Below, piece by piece: positions 1 through 8,773 of a DNA stretch of 64,000 nt. The notes below the pieces were generated by a model that ran no database searches, was not told the DNA's origin, and saw only the letters and a program-made list of their open reading frames with translations. The translations under genes and the position numbers were made by a program. The DNA comes from an uncultured Eubacteriales bacterium (GTDB lineage Bacteria; Acidobacteriota; Aminicenantia; Aminicenantales; Saccharicenantaceae), in the NCBI GenBank assembly GCA_964525875.1, contig CAZGJS010000002.1, positions 118,577 through 182,576 on the forward strand, read 5' to 3'. Numbering within the stretch: position 1 is the first letter of the stretch; every line of letters begins with the position of its first letter.

Positions 1-1274
1 GCGGCCTCCTCCCCTCTGGGCTCGTGACCCTGGTCGCCATCCTCCTTTTTATCGGGGCGACGGGAAAATCGGCCCAGATCCCCCTATACGTCTGGCTTCC
101 CGACGCCATGGAGGGCCCGACGCCGGTGAGCGCCCTCATCCACGCCGCGACCATGGTCACGGCGGGGGTCTACATGGTCTGCCGCCTGAGCGGTCTCTAT
201 GCGGCCTCCGCTCCCGCCTCGACCGTCGTTGGCGGGATCGGCGCCGCGACGGCCCTGTTGGCCGCGACCATGGCCCTCGTCCAGAACGACATCAAGAAGG
301 TCCTGGCCTACTCCACCATCTCCCAGATCGGCTACATGTTCATCGGCTGCGGCGTAGGTGCCTATGCCGCCGGGATGTTCCACCTCGTCACCCACGCTTT
401 CTTCAAGAGCCTGCTCTTCCTGGCCGCGGGCAGCGTCATCCACGCCCTGGCCGGGGAGCAGGACATGCGCCGGATGGGCGGCCTCAGGAAGCATCTCCCG
501 GTGACCTTTCCCGTATTCCTCATCGGGGCCCTGGCGATTTCCGGAGTCCCGTTCCTCTCGGGTTTTTTCTCCAAGGACGCCATCCTGACGAGCGCGTTCG
601 CCGGCGGACAATATGCCCTCTGGGGGGCCGGGCTCCTCGGCGCCGTCCTGACGGCGTTCTACATGTTCCGGCTGGTTTACCTGACATTCTATGGAGAGGA
701 ACGGATGACTCCGGAAGCCGGTCTTCACATCCATGAGTCGCCGCGCGCGATGACCATTCCTCTCGTCTTCCTTGCCGCCTTCTCCATCCTGGCCGGCTAC
801 GTCGGACTGCCTGTCCTTTTCGGCGGGAAAGCCGACCTCTTCGGCCGCTTTTTGGAAAGCTCGGTCAAGACTGTCAGCCATCATCTAGCCGCCTCTACAG
901 AGGGACTGCTCGTCGTTTCGGCGACGGCCGCGGCGCTCCTGGGCATCGCCTTGGCTCATGTTTTCTACCGCAGGACGCCCGCCCTTCCCGCCCGTCTCGC
1001 TTCTCGTTTTCCCGGTATCTACCGGCTCCTCGTCCGCAAATATTATATCGACGAGGTTTATGACGCCGTCGCCGTCCGGCCGCTGGTCAAAGGGGCCGAA
1101 AAGGTCTATGAACATTTCGACCTCAAGGTCATCGACGGCGCGCTCAACGGGTCGGCTTCTGCCGCTTCTCTCGCCGGCAAGGGCTTGAATTTCCTACAGA
1201 GCGGTCTCGTTCGCGACTACGCCCTGGCTTTTCTTATCGGGGCGATAATTTTCCTGGGGTTCCTGCTGCTATGA
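1..1274 (+). CDS. nuoL: NADH-quinone oxidoreductase subunit L (complex I), 5'-truncated by window edge
   Basis: ORF 24..1274 carries the antiporter-type motif QIPLYVWLPDAMEGPTPVSALIHAATMVTAGVY and a TM-rich C-terminus. There is no start context at the window edge. nuoM and nuoN follow directly. Confidence 0.9.
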   Translation, partial: GLLPSGLVTLVAILLFIGATGKSAQIPLYVWLPDAMEGPTPVSALIHAATMVTAGVYMVCRLSGLYAASAPASTVVGGIGAATALLAATMALVQNDIKKVLAYSTISQIGYMFIGCGVGAYAAGMFHLVTHAFFKSLLFLAAGSVIHALAGEQDMRRMGGLRKHLPVTFPVFLIGALAISGVPFLSGFFSKDAILTSAFAGGQYALWGAGLLGAVLTAFYMFRLVYLTFYGEERMTPEAGLHIHESPRAMTIPLVFLAAFSILAGYVGLPVLFGGKADLFGRFLESSVKTVSHHLAASTEGLLVVSATAAALLGIALAHVFYRRTPALPARLASRFPGIYRLLVRKYYIDEVYDAVAVRPLVKGAEKVYEHFDLKVIDGALNGSASAASLAGKGLNFLQSGLVRDYALAFLIGAIIFLGFLLL

Positions 1275-2830
1275 CCGCGAACCTGCCGCTCGTTTCCATA
1301 GTCGCGTTTCTGCCTCTCGCCGGTGCGCTTCTCCTAGTTTTTTTCCGGCGGGAGTCGGTCAAGGCCATTCGGACGGCCGCACTGGTTGTGTCGCTCCTGA
1401 CCTTCGCCTTCTCCCTGCTTCTCTTTTTTGGGTTTGACGGAAAGGCCGGCCTTCCGGAGTTCGTCGAACATGCGCCGTGGCTCGGGCGCGGCCTCGATTA
1501 TCACGTCGGGGTCGACGGCATCAGTCTCTTCCTCGTCCTTCTCGCGGCTTTCCTCACTCCCCTGGCCCTTCTGTCATCCTGGCGGGCCGTTAACGACCGG
1601 GTCAAGGAATTCTCGTTCTTCATGCTCGTCCTCGAAACGGGCATGATCGGCGTCTTCGTTTCCCTCAACCTCTTCCTGTTCTATGTTTTCTGGGAGGCCA
1701 TGCTCATCCCGATGTATTTCCTCATCGGGATCTGGGGGGGGCACCGGCGGGTCTACGCCACCACGAAGTTCGTCCTTTTCACCATGTTCGGAAGCCTGCT
1801 CATGCTCGTCGGCATCTTCGTCCTCTATTCCGCTTACCACCGGGCGACGGGGTCCTTCTCCCTGGCCATCTTTGACCTGGCCGGCGCCAGTCTCTCCCCC
1901 ACCCTCCAGACCTGGGTTTTTCTCGCCTTCGGGTTGGCTTTCGCCGTCAAGGTACCTCTTTTCCCGCTTCACACCTGGCTCCCCGACGCCCACGTCGAGG
2001 CCCCTACGGCCGGGTCCGTCCTTCTGGCCGCGGTCCTCCTTAAGATGGGGGCATACGGCTTCCTGCGCTTGGGGATCCCCTTGTTCCCCCAGGCCGCGGC
2101 GTCCTTCGCTCCGGTCCTGTCCATCCTGGCCGTCATCGGGATCATCTACGGCGGCTTGATGGCCCTCGTCCAGAAGGACATGAAGTCCCTTGTCGCCTAC
2201 TCGAGCGTCAGCCACATGGGCCTCATCATGCTGGCCGTATTCTCTCTCAACTTCGAGGCCACCGAAGGCGCCCTCTACCAGATGCTCAACCACGGCTTGA
2301 GCACAGGCGCGCTTTTCCTCTGTGTCGGGATCCTCTACGAGCGGACGCACACCCGGCTCATCAAGGATTACGGCGGCGCTGCCGCCCGGATGCCCGTCTT
2401 CGCGGCCATCTTCCTCGTCTCCGTGCTCTCGTCCGCGGGACTGCCGGGACTCAACGGCTTCGTCGGGGAGATCCTGTGCTTCTTCGGCATATTCACCTCG
2501 AACAAGCTCCTTGCCGGGTTGAGCGTTTCGACCGTCATTCTTTCGGCCGCCTATCTTCTCTGGCTCTACCGGCGGGTCATGCACGGCCCGCTCAAGGACC
2601 CGGACGGCCTTCTCCGGGACGTCGATCGGCGGGAGGTCGCCACCCTTGCCCCCATCGTCGTCCTCATCGTCCTCATGGGCCTTTTTCCCGGCGCCATCCT
2701 GAGGAAGATGGATGCTTCGGTCACCCGTTATATCGAATCCGTCAGGGCCAAGGCTCCGGCCTCGCTGACCTGGAAGGTCCCCGTCGGGCCGGCCGAGACC
2801 GGACCGCTCGTCGGGGAGAAGGAGCGCTAG
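1271..2830 (+). CDS. nuoM: NADH-quinone oxidoreductase subunit M
   Basis: 519 aa polytopic protein with HTWLPDAHVEAPTAGSVLLAAVLLKMGAYGF, the NuoM/Mrp antiporter signature. Its ATG overlaps the nuoL stop (ATGA). Confidence 0.9.
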   Translation: MTANLPLVSIVAFLPLAGALLLVFFRRESVKAIRTAALVVSLLTFAFSLLLFFGFDGKAGLPEFVEHAPWLGRGLDYHVGVDGISLFLVLLAAFLTPLALLSSWRAVNDRVKEFSFFMLVLETGMIGVFVSLNLFLFYVFWEAMLIPMYFLIGIWGGHRRVYATTKFVLFTMFGSLLMLVGIFVLYSAYHRATGSFSLAIFDLAGASLSPTLQTWVFLAFGLAFAVKVPLFPLHTWLPDAHVEAPTAGSVLLAAVLLKMGAYGFLRLGIPLFPQAAASFAPVLSILAVIGIIYGGLMALVQKDMKSLVAYSSVSHMGLIMLAVFSLNFEATEGALYQMLNHGLSTGALFLCVGILYERTHTRLIKDYGGAAARMPVFAAIFLVSVLSSAGLPGLNGFVGEILCFFGIFTSNKLLAGLSVSTVILSAAYLLWLYRRVMHGPLKDPDGLLRDVDRREVATLAPIVVLIVLMGLFPGAILRKMDASVTRYIESVRAKAPASLTWKVPVGPAETGPLVGEKER

Positions 2831-2831
2831 G

Positions 2832-4262
2832 ATGACGACGTTCCTGGCCCTCGCCCCTCTGCTCGCCGTCGTTTCGGGCGCCCTCGTCGTCCTGCTCGCG
2901 GAAGCGTTCATGAAACGGGCCAACCGGGAGCCCCTCGGCTGCCTCGCCGTCATCGCCCTCCTCGCGGCCGGTTTCTTCACGGTCCGCTCCTGGAACCAGG
3001 GTTTGAGCTTTTTCGGTGGGCGTCTCCTCCTCGACCGGTTCGCCCTGCTCCTCATCGCCGTCTTCGTCGTCATCGGCCTCATCGTCGTCCTGATGAGCCT
3101 GGAATACGCGGCCCGCCAGGGCTTGAACCTCGGCGAGCTTTGCGGCCTTGTCCTCCTGGCCGTGTCCGGGCTGATGATCATGGTCTCCTCGACGGATTGG
3201 CTGGTTGTTTTCCTGGGCCTCGAGGTCCTCTCGGTCGCTTCTTATGCCCTGTCGGGGCTTAAGAAGACCGACAGGACTTCCTCCGAGGCGGCGGCCAAGT
3301 ACTTCCTGATGGGAAGTTTCGCCGGCGCTTTCTTCGTTTTCGGCCTGGCTCTCGTTTTCGGGACGTCGGGAAGCCTCGATTTTGCCGGGATCCTCTCCCC
3401 CGGAGCGTCGCGAGCCGGCCTCTCTCCCGCTGGCGCCGTGGGCCTGGGGCTTATCCTCGCGGCCCTGGGCTTCAAGATCGCCATTGCCCCCTTTCACATG
3501 TGGGCTCCGGACGTCTACGAGGGCGCCCCGACGCCCGTGACCGTATTCCTGACCGTCGGACCCAAGGCCGCCGGACTGGCCGTCCTCTTCAGGCTCCTTG
3601 TTCCTCTCCTGAGGAACGAACCGTTCGCCGCCGTCTTCGGACCTGCTCTAACCCTCATGGCGGTCCTGACCATGTTCGCCGGCAACCTGGCCGCGCTCCG
3701 TCAAAGAAGCGTCAAGAGGATGCTGGCTTATTCGAGCATCGCCCATTCGGGCTATCTCCTCGTCGCCGTCATCGCCGGGGACGGCCCGAGCCTCGTCTTC
3801 TACCTCGTCGTCTATCTTTTCATGAACGCCGGGGCGTTCAGCGTCCTGGCGGCCATGTCGCGGAAGGGCGCGGAATACACCTCTCTCGACGACTTCGCCG
3901 GCCTCGGCCGCCGCTATCCGTGGCTCGCCGCGTGTCTCTCCGTCTTCCTTCTTTCCCTGGCCGGCTTTCCGCCCACGGCCGGTTTCCTGGCCAAGTTCCA
4001 TGTCTTCAGCGGAGCAGTCAGGGAGGGGCATGTCGCGTTGGCCGTGGCCGCCGTCCTGGCCAGCCTGATCTCGGTCGCCTACTACCTGAAGGTCATCGTT
4101 GTCATGTACATGAAAGACGAGAACGGCGAGGTCGCCATCGACCAGGAGAATCCGGCCCTCTACTTGGTCACCTTCTTGTGTTTGTTCGGGACGGTCCAAT
4201 TGGGGTTGTGGCCGGGGAACCTCCTAACGCTCATCCGCCAAGCCTTCTCTTCGGTTCTCTAG
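2832..4262 (+). CDS. nuoN: NADH-quinone oxidoreductase subunit N
   Basis: 476 aa protein with APFHMWAPDVYEGAPTPVTVFL, the NuoN signature. It starts 2 nt after the nuoM stop, preceded by GGAG. Confidence 0.9.
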   Translation: MTTFLALAPLLAVVSGALVVLLAEAFMKRANREPLGCLAVIALLAAGFFTVRSWNQGLSFFGGRLLLDRFALLLIAVFVVIGLIVVLMSLEYAARQGLNLGELCGLVLLAVSGLMIMVSSTDWLVVFLGLEVLSVASYALSGLKKTDRTSSEAAAKYFLMGSFAGAFFVFGLALVFGTSGSLDFAGILSPGASRAGLSPAGAVGLGLILAALGFKIAIAPFHMWAPDVYEGAPTPVTVFLTVGPKAAGLAVLFRLLVPLLRNEPFAAVFGPALTLMAVLTMFAGNLAALRQRSVKRMLAYSSIAHSGYLLVAVIAGDGPSLVFYLVVYLFMNAGAFSVLAAMSRKGAEYTSLDDFAGLGRRYPWLAACLSVFLLSLAGFPPTAGFLAKFHVFSGAVREGHVALAVAAVLASLISVAYYLKVIVVMYMKDENGEVAIDQENPALYLVTFLCLFGTVQLGLWPGNLLTLIRQAFSSVL

Positions 4263-4284
4263 CTTTCGAGCCCCACCTGCCCGG

Positions 4285-5514
4285 CTAATCCAGCTCTTTG
4301 CCCATCGTCTCGGGTATGCCAATCCAGAACACCGCCGCTGCCAGGAAAGCCGCGGCGATCAGGATGAACGAAAAACCGAATCCCCGCCTCTGGGCCAGGG
4401 AGCCGACGACAAAGGGCGCCGCGGCGCTGACGATCCGTCCGGTGTTGTAGGTGATGCCCTGGGCCGTGGCCCGGACAGCCGTGGGGTAGATCTCCGCCGT
4501 CAAGGCGCCGAAACCCGTGAAGTAGCCCGTGCCGAAGAAAGCGAGGAATGGCCCCAGGATGAGGAGAAGAAGCGGCCGACGCGTCTGGGAGTATAGGAGC
4601 ATGAATACAGAGGCGGCAAGAAGGAATCCCACATACGACCGCTTCCGCCCGAGCTTGTCGCTGATGAAGCCGAAAGTTATGTAGCCCAGCCACATTCCGG
4701 CCTGCATGAAGATGACCAGCCCGGACATCGTCCGGGGGCTGAGGCCAATGCCGCCCTGGTCGGGGGCCATGGACAGATAGGCCGGCAGCCAGAGGTTGAA
4801 GCCCCACCAGGCGAACATGGTGCACGCGTTCATCGCGGTCACGAGAATAGTCAAGCGAAGCCGAGCTTTCCCGAAGATCTCCCCGAATCCGGACCGGACG
4901 CTCGGCGCCGCCGCCCGGCCCGCTTTCCAGATCTCGGGTTCCCGGACTCGCCTTCGTATCCAGAGCGTGAAGAAAGCCGGGATGACGCCGACGAAGAAGA
5001 CCCCTCTCCAGCCCCAGACCGGAAGGACGAGCGCGGCGACGGCCGCCGCGGCAGCGTAGCCGACGGCCCACGAGCTCTGGACGATGCCCAGGGCCTTGCC
5101 GCGGTGCTCGGCCGGCCAGGTTTCTGAGACGAGAGCGGCGCCGCTGGCCCACTCCCCGCCCATGCCCAGGCCCAGGAAAATCCGGAAGACGGCCAGCATG
5201 ACGACGCTCGAGGCGAAGCCGCAGGCCGCGGTGAAAACCGAATAGATGAGGATGCTGCCCATCAAGGCCCGGCGGCGGCCGAAGCGGTCTGCGATGATGC
5301 CGAAAACCAGGCCGCCGACCGCGGAAGCTATGAGCGTCAGAGAGCCCAGAAGTCCGGCCGTCGCCTTGGCCATGTTCATGTCGGACATGAGGGCCGCCAG
5401 GACCATGGCGTAGAGCATGACGTCGAAGGAGTCGAGCATCCAGCCGAACGAGGCCGCGATGAGGGCCCGCCGCGCGTCCGGCGACGCGTCCTTCCACCAG
5501 TCGAAACGGGTCAT
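4285..5514 (-). CDS. MFS transporter (metabolite:H+ symporter type)
   Basis: 409 aa protein with about 12 predicted TM helices. It has MFS motifs such as GIIADRFGRRRALM (the G-x-x-x-D-R/K-x-G-R-R/K loop). Confidence 0.8.
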   Translation of the reverse strand: MTRFDWWKDASPDARRALIAASFGWMLDSFDVMLYAMVLAALMSDMNMAKATAGLLGSLTLIASAVGGLVFGIIADRFGRRRALMGSILIYSVFTAACGFASSVVMLAVFRIFLGLGMGGEWASGAALVSETWPAEHRGKALGIVQSSWAVGYAAAAAVAALVLPVWGWRGVFFVGVIPAFFTLWIRRRVREPEIWKAGRAAAPSVRSGFGEIFGKARLRLTILVTAMNACTMFAWWGFNLWLPAYLSMAPDQGGIGLSPRTMSGLVIFMQAGMWLGYITFGFISDKLGRKRSYVGFLLAASVFMLLYSQTRRPLLLLILGPFLAFFGTGYFTGFGALTAEIYPTAVRATAQGITYNTGRIVSAAAPFVVGSLAQRRGFGFSFILIAAAFLAAAVFWIGIPETMGKELD

Positions 5515-5754
5515 CGGATCGGCACGCCCTTATAGCGCAGGTAGATGATACAGCCGAGCCCGTAGATCACCCATCCTATCAGCGAGATCAGCCGGCCGAT
5601 CCGGGATGGGAAGATGACGGGGATCAGGAAAACGACGACGGGAATTCCGGCGATGACGGCTCGCTCCTCAATCGTCTCAGCAACGACAAAAGCCCAGACC
5701 CCGAAAATGACGGCAATCCCGATTCCGATGCCCGCATAGGGGATTTGGGGGATC
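5511..5754 (-). CDS. small membrane protein (2-3 TM), unknown function
   Basis: An internal ATG within ORF 5511..6827 gives an 81-aa hydrophobic protein (MIPQIPYAGIGIGIAVIFGVWAF...). Its stop overlaps the MFS start codon (ATGA), so translation is probably coupled to the MFS gene. The upstream 357 aa of the tracked ORF are a GC-frame artefact opposite nothing plausible. Confidence 0.4.
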
Positions 5755-5806
5755 ATCGACCCGTTTATAGCATAAAATCGCCGCCCGGGACAGGGCGCGA
5801 AGCCCG

Positions 5807-6799
5807 TCAGCGTGTGACGAAAAGCAGATAGAGATTGACCCCAAAAATCAGGATGATGCCGAACGAATCCCAGGCCCAGACAAAACGCTTTTTTTCGGAG
5901 TTGTAGATGAGGCCGGCGACGGCCAGCCCGGTCATGGCCATGGCCAGAAGCGTGGGGATCATATGCTGGCTTTCCACGAACGACAGGAGCGGTCCCTTGA
6001 AATAGAACAGGTCCAAGACGGCCAGGATGAACATGTTGAAGATGTTGCTGCCGAAGATGTTGCCGACGGCCATGTCCACGGCTCCGATCCTCATGGCGGC
6101 GACGCAGACCGTCAACTCCGGGAGCGAGGTCGAAATGGCCACGAAGATGTTCCCGACGAAGGTCTGCCCGAGCCCCGTCATTTCGGCGATGCCCTCGGCG
6201 ATCGAGGGAAGGAAAACGGCGGCGCCGACGACGACGGCCGCGTGGAAGGCATACCGGAGAATTGCCGCCCGCAAGGTCATCGCGGACGACTCGCGATCTT
6301 CGGCCAGACCGGCAGCTGAGGCCGAGCGCCTCCTCTCGAACTTGAAGGCCATGCGCATCGTGCCCAGGTAGCCGGCGATGAGGAGTGGAGTATAGAAGCC
6401 CACATAGCCCAGCCCGGGAAGCCTCGCTCCAAGGAAGAGGCTCAACGAGACTCCGCCGAGGAAGAGGACGGACATCCCCGCCGAAAAAATGTTCGCCTGG
6501 TTGATCTTGGACGACAGGGGCACTTTTCTCGACAGCGTATCGAGTAGCCCGAGGATGAGGACGTTGAAGACACAGCTGCCGAGAATGTTGCCGACGGCGA
6601 TATCGGGGAGGTTCGACGCAACCGCGCTCAGACCCGTGGCCAGCTCGGGAAGCGATGTGACGCCGGCCATGAGGACCAGCCCCAGCCAGAGCCCGCTGAG
6701 GCCGGTCTTCTCGGAAATGACACTGCCGTAGCGGGTCAGTTTTGTTCCCGAGAAGAGAATGAGGCCCGTCACCCCGAGGAACTCGAACCAGATAATCAT
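5807..6799 (-). CDS. Ca2+/cation antiporter (CaCA family, YrbG-like Na+/Ca2+ exchanger)
   Basis: 330 aa protein with two alpha-repeat signatures, GNILGSCVFNVLILGL and GNIFGSNIFNMFILAVLD, separated by a cytoplasmic loop. Confidence 0.8.
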   Translation of the reverse strand: MIIWFEFLGVTGLILFSGTKLTRYGSVISEKTGLSGLWLGLVLMAGVTSLPELATGLSAVASNLPDIAVGNILGSCVFNVLILGLLDTLSRKVPLSSKINQANIFSAGMSVLFLGGVSLSLFLGARLPGLGYVGFYTPLLIAGYLGTMRMAFKFERRRSASAAGLAEDRESSAMTLRAAILRYAFHAAVVVGAAVFLPSIAEGIAEMTGLGQTFVGNIFVAISTSLPELTVCVAAMRIGAVDMAVGNIFGSNIFNMFILAVLDLFYFKGPLLSFVESQHMIPTLLAMAMTGLAVAGLIYNSEKKRFVWAWDSFGIILIFGVNLYLLFVTR

Positions 6800-6842
6800 T
6801 CCTTACGCCCCTCTCGAGTTTCAACAAACAGTAAAAAGAAAC

Positions 6843-7225
6843 GGCCGGAGCGGGACGTAAGCCGGATCCTGTTCCCGCCGAAACGGGCGACGGTCATTTG
6901 ACTAGGCCCCGGGTTGCCCCGGGGCTCGAGCGGCCGACCCGCCCCCTGGGACGGGCAGTCCCAAAACGGGGCTCGTTTGGCCTTGCTCCGGATGGGGTTT
7001 GCCTTGCCCCCGTCATCGCTGACGGGGCGGTGAGCTCTTACCTCGCCATTTCACCCTTGCTCCCCGGGGAGGCTGCGCCTGCCCTGGAGGGCGGTGTGTT
7101 TTCTGTGGCACTTTCCCCCGGTCGCCCGGGGTCGCGGTTAGCGACCATCCTGCCCTTCGGAGTCCGGACTTTCCTCCCCTCCTCCCTCGCGGGAAGGAGC
7201 GGCGACCGTCTCGCCCACTCCGGCC
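6843..7225 (-). ncRNA. rnpB: RNase P RNA (bacterial type A)
   Basis: The reverse complement contains GGGAGGAGGGGAGGAAAGTCCGGACTCCGAAGGGCAGG and AGCAAGGGTGAAATGGCGAGGTAAGAGCTCACC. It also contains ACCCCATCCGGAGCAAGGCCAAA and CCTAGTCAAATGACCGTCGCC...GAACAGGATCCGGCTTACG. These align with E. coli M1 RNA conserved regions (P4, P10-12, P15-P18). The 5' GGAGTGGGCGA and 3' TCCCGCTCC can form P1. Ends are approximate to about 5 nt. Confidence 0.85.
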
Positions 7226-8592
7226 GTTATCTTTATACCGTATTGTTCGAGTTTTTTATAGAGGTTGCTCCGCGGCGTGTCGATCTCCCGGGCCGTCTGG
7301 GAGATGTTCCAGCCGTTGGCTTCGAGCTTGGCCAAAAGGAAATCCCGCTCGGCCAGGTCCCGGAATTCGCGGAGCGTCTTGACCCCGGCCGCTTCGGGCA
7401 GCGACGCCTCCGGCTTCTCCCGCAGCGGTTCGGGGAGATCCCTTCTCTCGATCGTGTCCCGGTCGGTCATGATCATCAGCCGCTCGACGATGTTTTTGAG
7501 CTCGCGAACGTTGCCCTTCCAGGCGTAGCGGGACATGGCTTCGAGGGCCTCAGCAGAGAACTTCCGCGGCCGAAAGTTATTCTCCTCGGCGAACGTCCGC
7601 GAAAAATAGTCGACGAGGAGCGGGATGTCCTCCGGCCTCTCGCGCAGGGGCGGCGAATAGAGGGGAACGACGTTGAGCCGGAAATAGAGGTCTTCCCTGA
7701 ACCTCCCTTCCTGAATCTCCTTGCGGAGGTCCTTGTTCGTCGCGGCGATGACGCGGACGTCGACCTTGGCGATACGGTTCGACCCGACTTTCTGGACCTC
7801 GCCCTCTTCGAGCACACGGAGGACTTTGGACTGCGTCCGGAGGCTCATATCGCCGATCTCGTCGAGAAAAATGGTGCCGCCCTCGGCCTGCTCGAACTTG
7901 CCCGTCTTCTTCTCCGTGGCCCCGGTGAAGGCGCCCTTCTCGTGGCCGAAAAGCTCGCTCTCGATGAGCTCCTCGGGGATGGCTGCGCAGTTGACCTGGA
8001 CGAACGTCTCCCGGGCCCGCAGGCTGTGGGTGTGGATGGAACGGGCGATGAGCTCTTTCCCCGTGCCGCTTTCGCCGTAGATCAGGACCGTGGCGTTGGT
8101 CGGCGCGATCTTGAGGATCTCCTTCCAGAGGTTCTGGATGGCGGGGTGGTTGCCGACAATCTCGTAGTGTTTCTCCGCCTTCTTCTTGAGGTCCTGGCAC
8201 TCGCGGGCGAGGCTCGTCTGCTTGAGGGCGTTGCGGATGCTGATGAGGACGCGCTCCCTGTGTAGCGGCTTCTCCAGGAAATCGAAAGCGCCCAGCTTGG
8301 TGGCCTCGACGGCCGCATGAATCGTGCCCTGTCCCGAGATCATGATGACGTCCGGGACGAAGGGCCTCTGCTTGAGCTCGGCCAGGACATCGAGGCCGCT
8401 CTTCCCCGGCATCTTGATGTCGAGAAGGACGAGGTCGATGCCGACGGTCCCACGAAGCGCTTCCAGGCCATCCTCGCCGGTCCCGGCCTCGAAAAAGTCG
8501 TATCCCTCGTACTCGAGGATCATCTTCAGGGATTTACGGATGTTCTCCTCGTCGTCGATGACGAGGATCCTCGCCTTCCTCTCTGGTTTCAT
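7138..8592 (-). CDS. sigma-54-dependent response regulator (NtrC/AtoC family)
   Basis: N-terminal receiver domain (ILVIDDEENIR...LVLLDIKMPG) and a sigma-54 AAA+ domain (VLIYGESGTGKELIARSIH, GAFTGA, ESELFGHEKGAF). A C-terminal Fis-type HTH ends at ...LYKKLEQYGIK. The ORF then runs on about 30 codons into rnpB before the first stop. Confidence 0.85.
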   Translation of the reverse strand: MKPERKARILVIDDEENIRKSLKMILEYEGYDFFEAGTGEDGLEALRGTVGIDLVLLDIKMPGKSGLDVLAELKQRPFVPDVIMISGQGTIHAAVEATKLGAFDFLEKPLHRERVLISIRNALKQTSLARECQDLKKKAEKHYEIVGNHPAIQNLWKEILKIAPTNATVLIYGESGTGKELIARSIHTHSLRARETFVQVNCAAIPEELIESELFGHEKGAFTGATEKKTGKFEQAEGGTIFLDEIGDMSLRTQSKVLRVLEEGEVQKVGSNRIAKVDVRVIAATNKDLRKEIQEGRFREDLYFRLNVVPLYSPPLRERPEDIPLLVDYFSRTFAEENNFRPRKFSAEALEAMSRYAWKGNVRELKNIVERLMIMTDRDTIERRDLPEPLREKPEASLPEAAGVKTLREFRDLAERDFLLAKLEANGWNISQTAREIDTPRSNLYKKLEQYGIKITAGVGETVAAPSREGGGEESPDSEGQDGR

Positions 8593-8773
8593 GGATCTCT
8601 TGTCCTCTTATTCTGATTCTAGCACACTCCCCCGCCCCGAGCAAAAGCGGCCAATCCCGATAACAAGGGAGAAGTAAAGATATTTTACAGGCGGGACACG
8701 TTTCTCCGTGACCCGGCCCCGTTGGAGGAGGTTCGGGGTTTATGATAAGCTAGCAAGGGATTTGCTGGAAAGA

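Noticed and set aside
84-884. 266-aa minus-strand ORF antisense to nuoL. Similar long ORFs lie opposite nuoM/nuoN (1574..3181 and 2742..3497).
   Set aside because: The Arg/Gly/Asp-rich low-complexity translations are typical of reverse frames in GC-rich coding DNA. The plus-strand Nuo genes have unmistakable conserved motifs.
7106-7122. TGGCAC hexamer resembling a sigma-54 -24 element.
   Set aside because: It lies inside rnpB (the GTGCCACAG region) and is not followed by a TTGC -12 element at the right spacing, so it is coincidental.
8593-8773. Small precursor-peptide ORF upstream of the M16 pair (RiPP hypothesis).
   Set aside because: No short ORF with start and RBS is visible. The region reads as divergent promoter DNA between the sigma-54 regulator and the M16 gene.
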